Below are positions 61,008 to 64,000 of a DNA stretch of 64,000 nt, piece after piece. Every line of letters begins with the position of its first letter. Within the stretch, counting starts at the first letter, position 1. The notes below the pieces were generated by a model. It was not told the DNA's origin. It worked only from the letters and a program-made list of their open reading frames with translations, and searched no databases. The position numbers and the translations under genes were made by a program. Source of the stretch: Hormiphora californensis (Eukaryota; Animalia; Ctenophora); contig CM035354.1 in the NCBI GenBank assembly GCA_020137815.1, positions 6,076,001 through 6,140,000 of the forward strand. Reading direction: 5' to 3'.

Positions 61008-64000
61008 ATGCCGACCCAAACCCTCATGAGACCAGTCTCTCTGCCTAACATGGGTAATAGCGGAGGAACTAAAGCAAAGGATCTTGGTTAGTGTTTTTAC
61101 CTTCCCCTACCTCCCCCACTATAACCTCTATGGCGGCGCCATACCCCATTTGATTCTCATATGGGGTCGCGGCGCCAGACAGACTATAACCAATCAATTG
61201 TTTGTTTCCCAATCACTGTTTTCCTTCTAAAACCTATCAATCTTCTCAGGAATAGCAGTCAAGGGTAACGATATTCTGAAACGACCCCCTAGTGGAAGCA
61301 GTAGGAGATTATACAAGCCCGCTGCAGCCCCTCCCTCTACACCACGCATAACCCTACTAAACGAGCGACCATCCTCTGCAGCCAGTAGCAGGCCCCAATC
61401 TGCCAAGAAGGAACAGGAGGGTGCCCTCCCCAACGGGTGGAGACCTTCCTCTGCTGTTCGCAGGCTTGGTACGTAACTGCAGATTCAATTAGAAATCCAG
61501 CCTTATTGACTGCATGAACTATCCTGATTCTACCTTCCGAATAAAATCCCTAACCCCATCCCTCAGGAGGCCTACCCAGTACCCACTCTATAACCCATCC
61601 CTCATCAGGTGAGATAGAGATCCCCTCAGTAGAGGAGAGTACAGTGGACATGATGGAGTTGGTGAGATCAGCACATGCTCTGAGACAGGAATCCGCTGAG
61701 GTCACCTCTATCAAGTCACGTGAGTGCAGTGCAGCAGGGTTCACTACTTGGGGTCCAACAATACAATATAGTAAACATACCTAGTAGCTATGCCAATCTT
61801 TCTGGCGGCGCTGGCCGCTGACTCGATCTGAGCACACTGTCTAATATCTGAGAATCAAAACGAGGTCTGGCAACGCCCCCCCCCCCCCCACTATTAGTAT
61901 TACCGAATTTGTGTAAGACTGACCGGGTTCACAGTACCATCGCCTACACGCCCTCGACAATGGGTTTAGTAGCTCTCTTCTCCTTTTTCTTCTGGTGAGA
62001 AGAGGAAGAGAGAGTTACCCATCTGTAATCAGAGATTAGATTATACACCTGTACGTGCCTGTGTCCTGTACGTACCTTGTGTCTTGTGGAGCCCACCCTG
62101 CAGCACTTGTTCTCTGTGTACATGGCTGTGATGTATCCAAGCTAATCACTAACATGGTATCTACCAGTATTTTCAGGTATAGTTGCTGGTGATATAGTGG
62201 TACCACCCTCCTCTCCCTACCTACTGGACTGCAGGTGTCAACACGAAGTGTCGCTTGTAGCCCCCTCTCGGTAGGTAGAGCATAACCCAAGCGTTATAAC
62301 ATCTAGATTCTAGCTCTCACCAGATCCTTCCTCGCGAGATTCGCTGCACAGCTGGCTATCATGACGACCAAATTTGCAAACTATATCCCAGTCCATAATT
62401 GATAATGAACTCCTACTAGTCGTGTTTTTCTTACCCATCACCCCCTTCAGAACTGGAGCTGTATGTCTGAGGATCTACTAGAGCACGTCTCACAACGTGT
62501 AGCATTGGAACAGCAAATGCCATCATCCTCCCGACTCTCACTCAGGAACTCCCGGCCCCCATCTGCCCCCTCCTCCAGAGCATCCAGCCGTCCCCCTTCA
62601 TCCCAGGTATATGTAATTCATTTATAGTTTTCAGCTACCACTGCAGTGCCACACCTTGTTATATATTCTTCTTCAATCCACCTTCTTTTCTATATTCTCC
62701 CTCTTTCCTCCCTCATGATCATTTTACTTCTCTCCGGTGTTTTATTATACACACACCATCTGTATATAACATGTGTGTGGATGGAGGACACATATTCACA
62801 CATGTTGGGAGGAGGAGGAGGAGGAGGAGGAGAACGTGTTGCTTTCTCTCCTTCTCTTCTTTTCACGCCTTCCACAAATATATCGACCTCTTGGTTTCAC
62901 CATATCAGTATATCTTCCTTCATCAAATCTTTCTCTCCAGGCAAGTTATCCCGGTGACCTAGGCCGGCCCAAGACAACCTCTACCACCCGTCGTAGTACC
63001 CCGGGAACCAGGAGTAGACCTAGCACGGCCCGGGAACAGAGATCCCGGGACAAGTACAGGGAATCTCTCTCTGAGACTGGTATAGCACTGCCATCCCGAG
63101 TTGTGGAGCGGCTGGTATCCTCCTATAGCGCGGATAAGCTGCAGTCACGGCCTATGACAGCGTGCTCTAGCCATGGGCTATACGATGTTATGAGGGAAAA
63201 GGTGAGTGCTCACTAATTAGCTTCACAAGTCAGGTCATTACAAACTTTAGTTGGATAACCATGGTTACAGACATCTGACAGATTGGGTTAGCCAATGTTG
63301 ATATGTGGTAACCATGGTAACACAACAAAGTTAAACAAACATCTCCTAGGTAAACAAAGGGTATAATGATATGATATCAGCATTCCAAGTTTATGATAAG
63401 TTAGACAGGGGCTTCGTTTCTCGGGACCAGTTTAAAAGGGTACTTCGACATTTTACTGTCGATCTGAACAGGAATCAAGTGGAGAACTTGCTACAGAGGT
63501 ATGTTAACTATGGTCACCAATTAGTTTGAGGGAAGTTGTTATCAGAGGTAACCATGGTAACCATAGATAATCATGGAAACCCCACTACCCAGGTCTGATT
63601 TGGTGGACGATTGGAATTATAACCGGTTACCATATCGAGTATTCCTGGACCGGTACATGGAGAGGGGGAGAAGTGGGTACATCAGACACTCCTCACCAGT
63701 TACAGGTAATTATCGTTGTGTTTCACCCGTTTAGACTCCCGGATAATAAGCAGCATCTTGAGCCGTTTATCATTTCTCATCATATTCTAACGAGATGTGG
63801 GAGCGTGTCAATCACAATGAACCAAACTTGTTGAGTAAGTTACCCCTTAAAAACCAAACAGCACCATGTTGACATCCTCCATGATATATCACCCATGTGT
63901 TTCAGGGGAGAGACCAGGGACTGCCGACACTCAGTTTGCAGACATTGCAGAGGCGCGGTTATTTGCTCAGTTACACAGTGACTTTGTTGACGTACTGGAG
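61008..64000 (+). CDS. Multi-exon gene, 5' part only; RP(S/G)(S/T)A-rich N-terminus and an EF-hand-like segment (EFCAB6-like)
   Basis: In-phase exons ~61008-61086, 61250-61468 and 61567-61719, plus further GT/AG exons. YDKLDRGFVSRDQFKRVL near 63390-63450 is EF-hand-like. Confidence 0.55.

Overview
Eukaryotic (animal) genomic DNA from a compact, short-intron, (CT)n-rich invertebrate genome. It looks ctenophore-like, but that is inference only. The window opens with a minus-strand CR1/L2-type LINE (endonuclease). It then carries about 18 host genes, all on the + strand: a neurexin-like LamG single-pass receptor, ROGDI, SPAG16, a C2H2 ZNF, ISOC2, TMEM267, a J-domain/ZnF protein, TAF10, DENR, three REST-like ZNFs, GPATCH3, PPP1R7, SAP130, MED22, LANCL2 and a partial EF-hand gene. 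Many are separated by only 124-316 nt and have an unpaired 3' splice acceptor a few nt before the ATG, the signature of spliced-leader trans-spliced operons. CpG-rich islands sharing exact motifs may head the units. Introns and spacers hold many non-autonomous DNA transposons, including two giant foldback elements with CAGGG ends, 5-bp TSDs and 32-bp minisatellite arms. The neurexin-like gene has an in-frame TAG inside an otherwise intact exon. Several conserved genes at 23.6-33.5 kb carry 1-2 nt indels that are probably assembly errors. All gene models were built by hand from GT/AG and frame checks.
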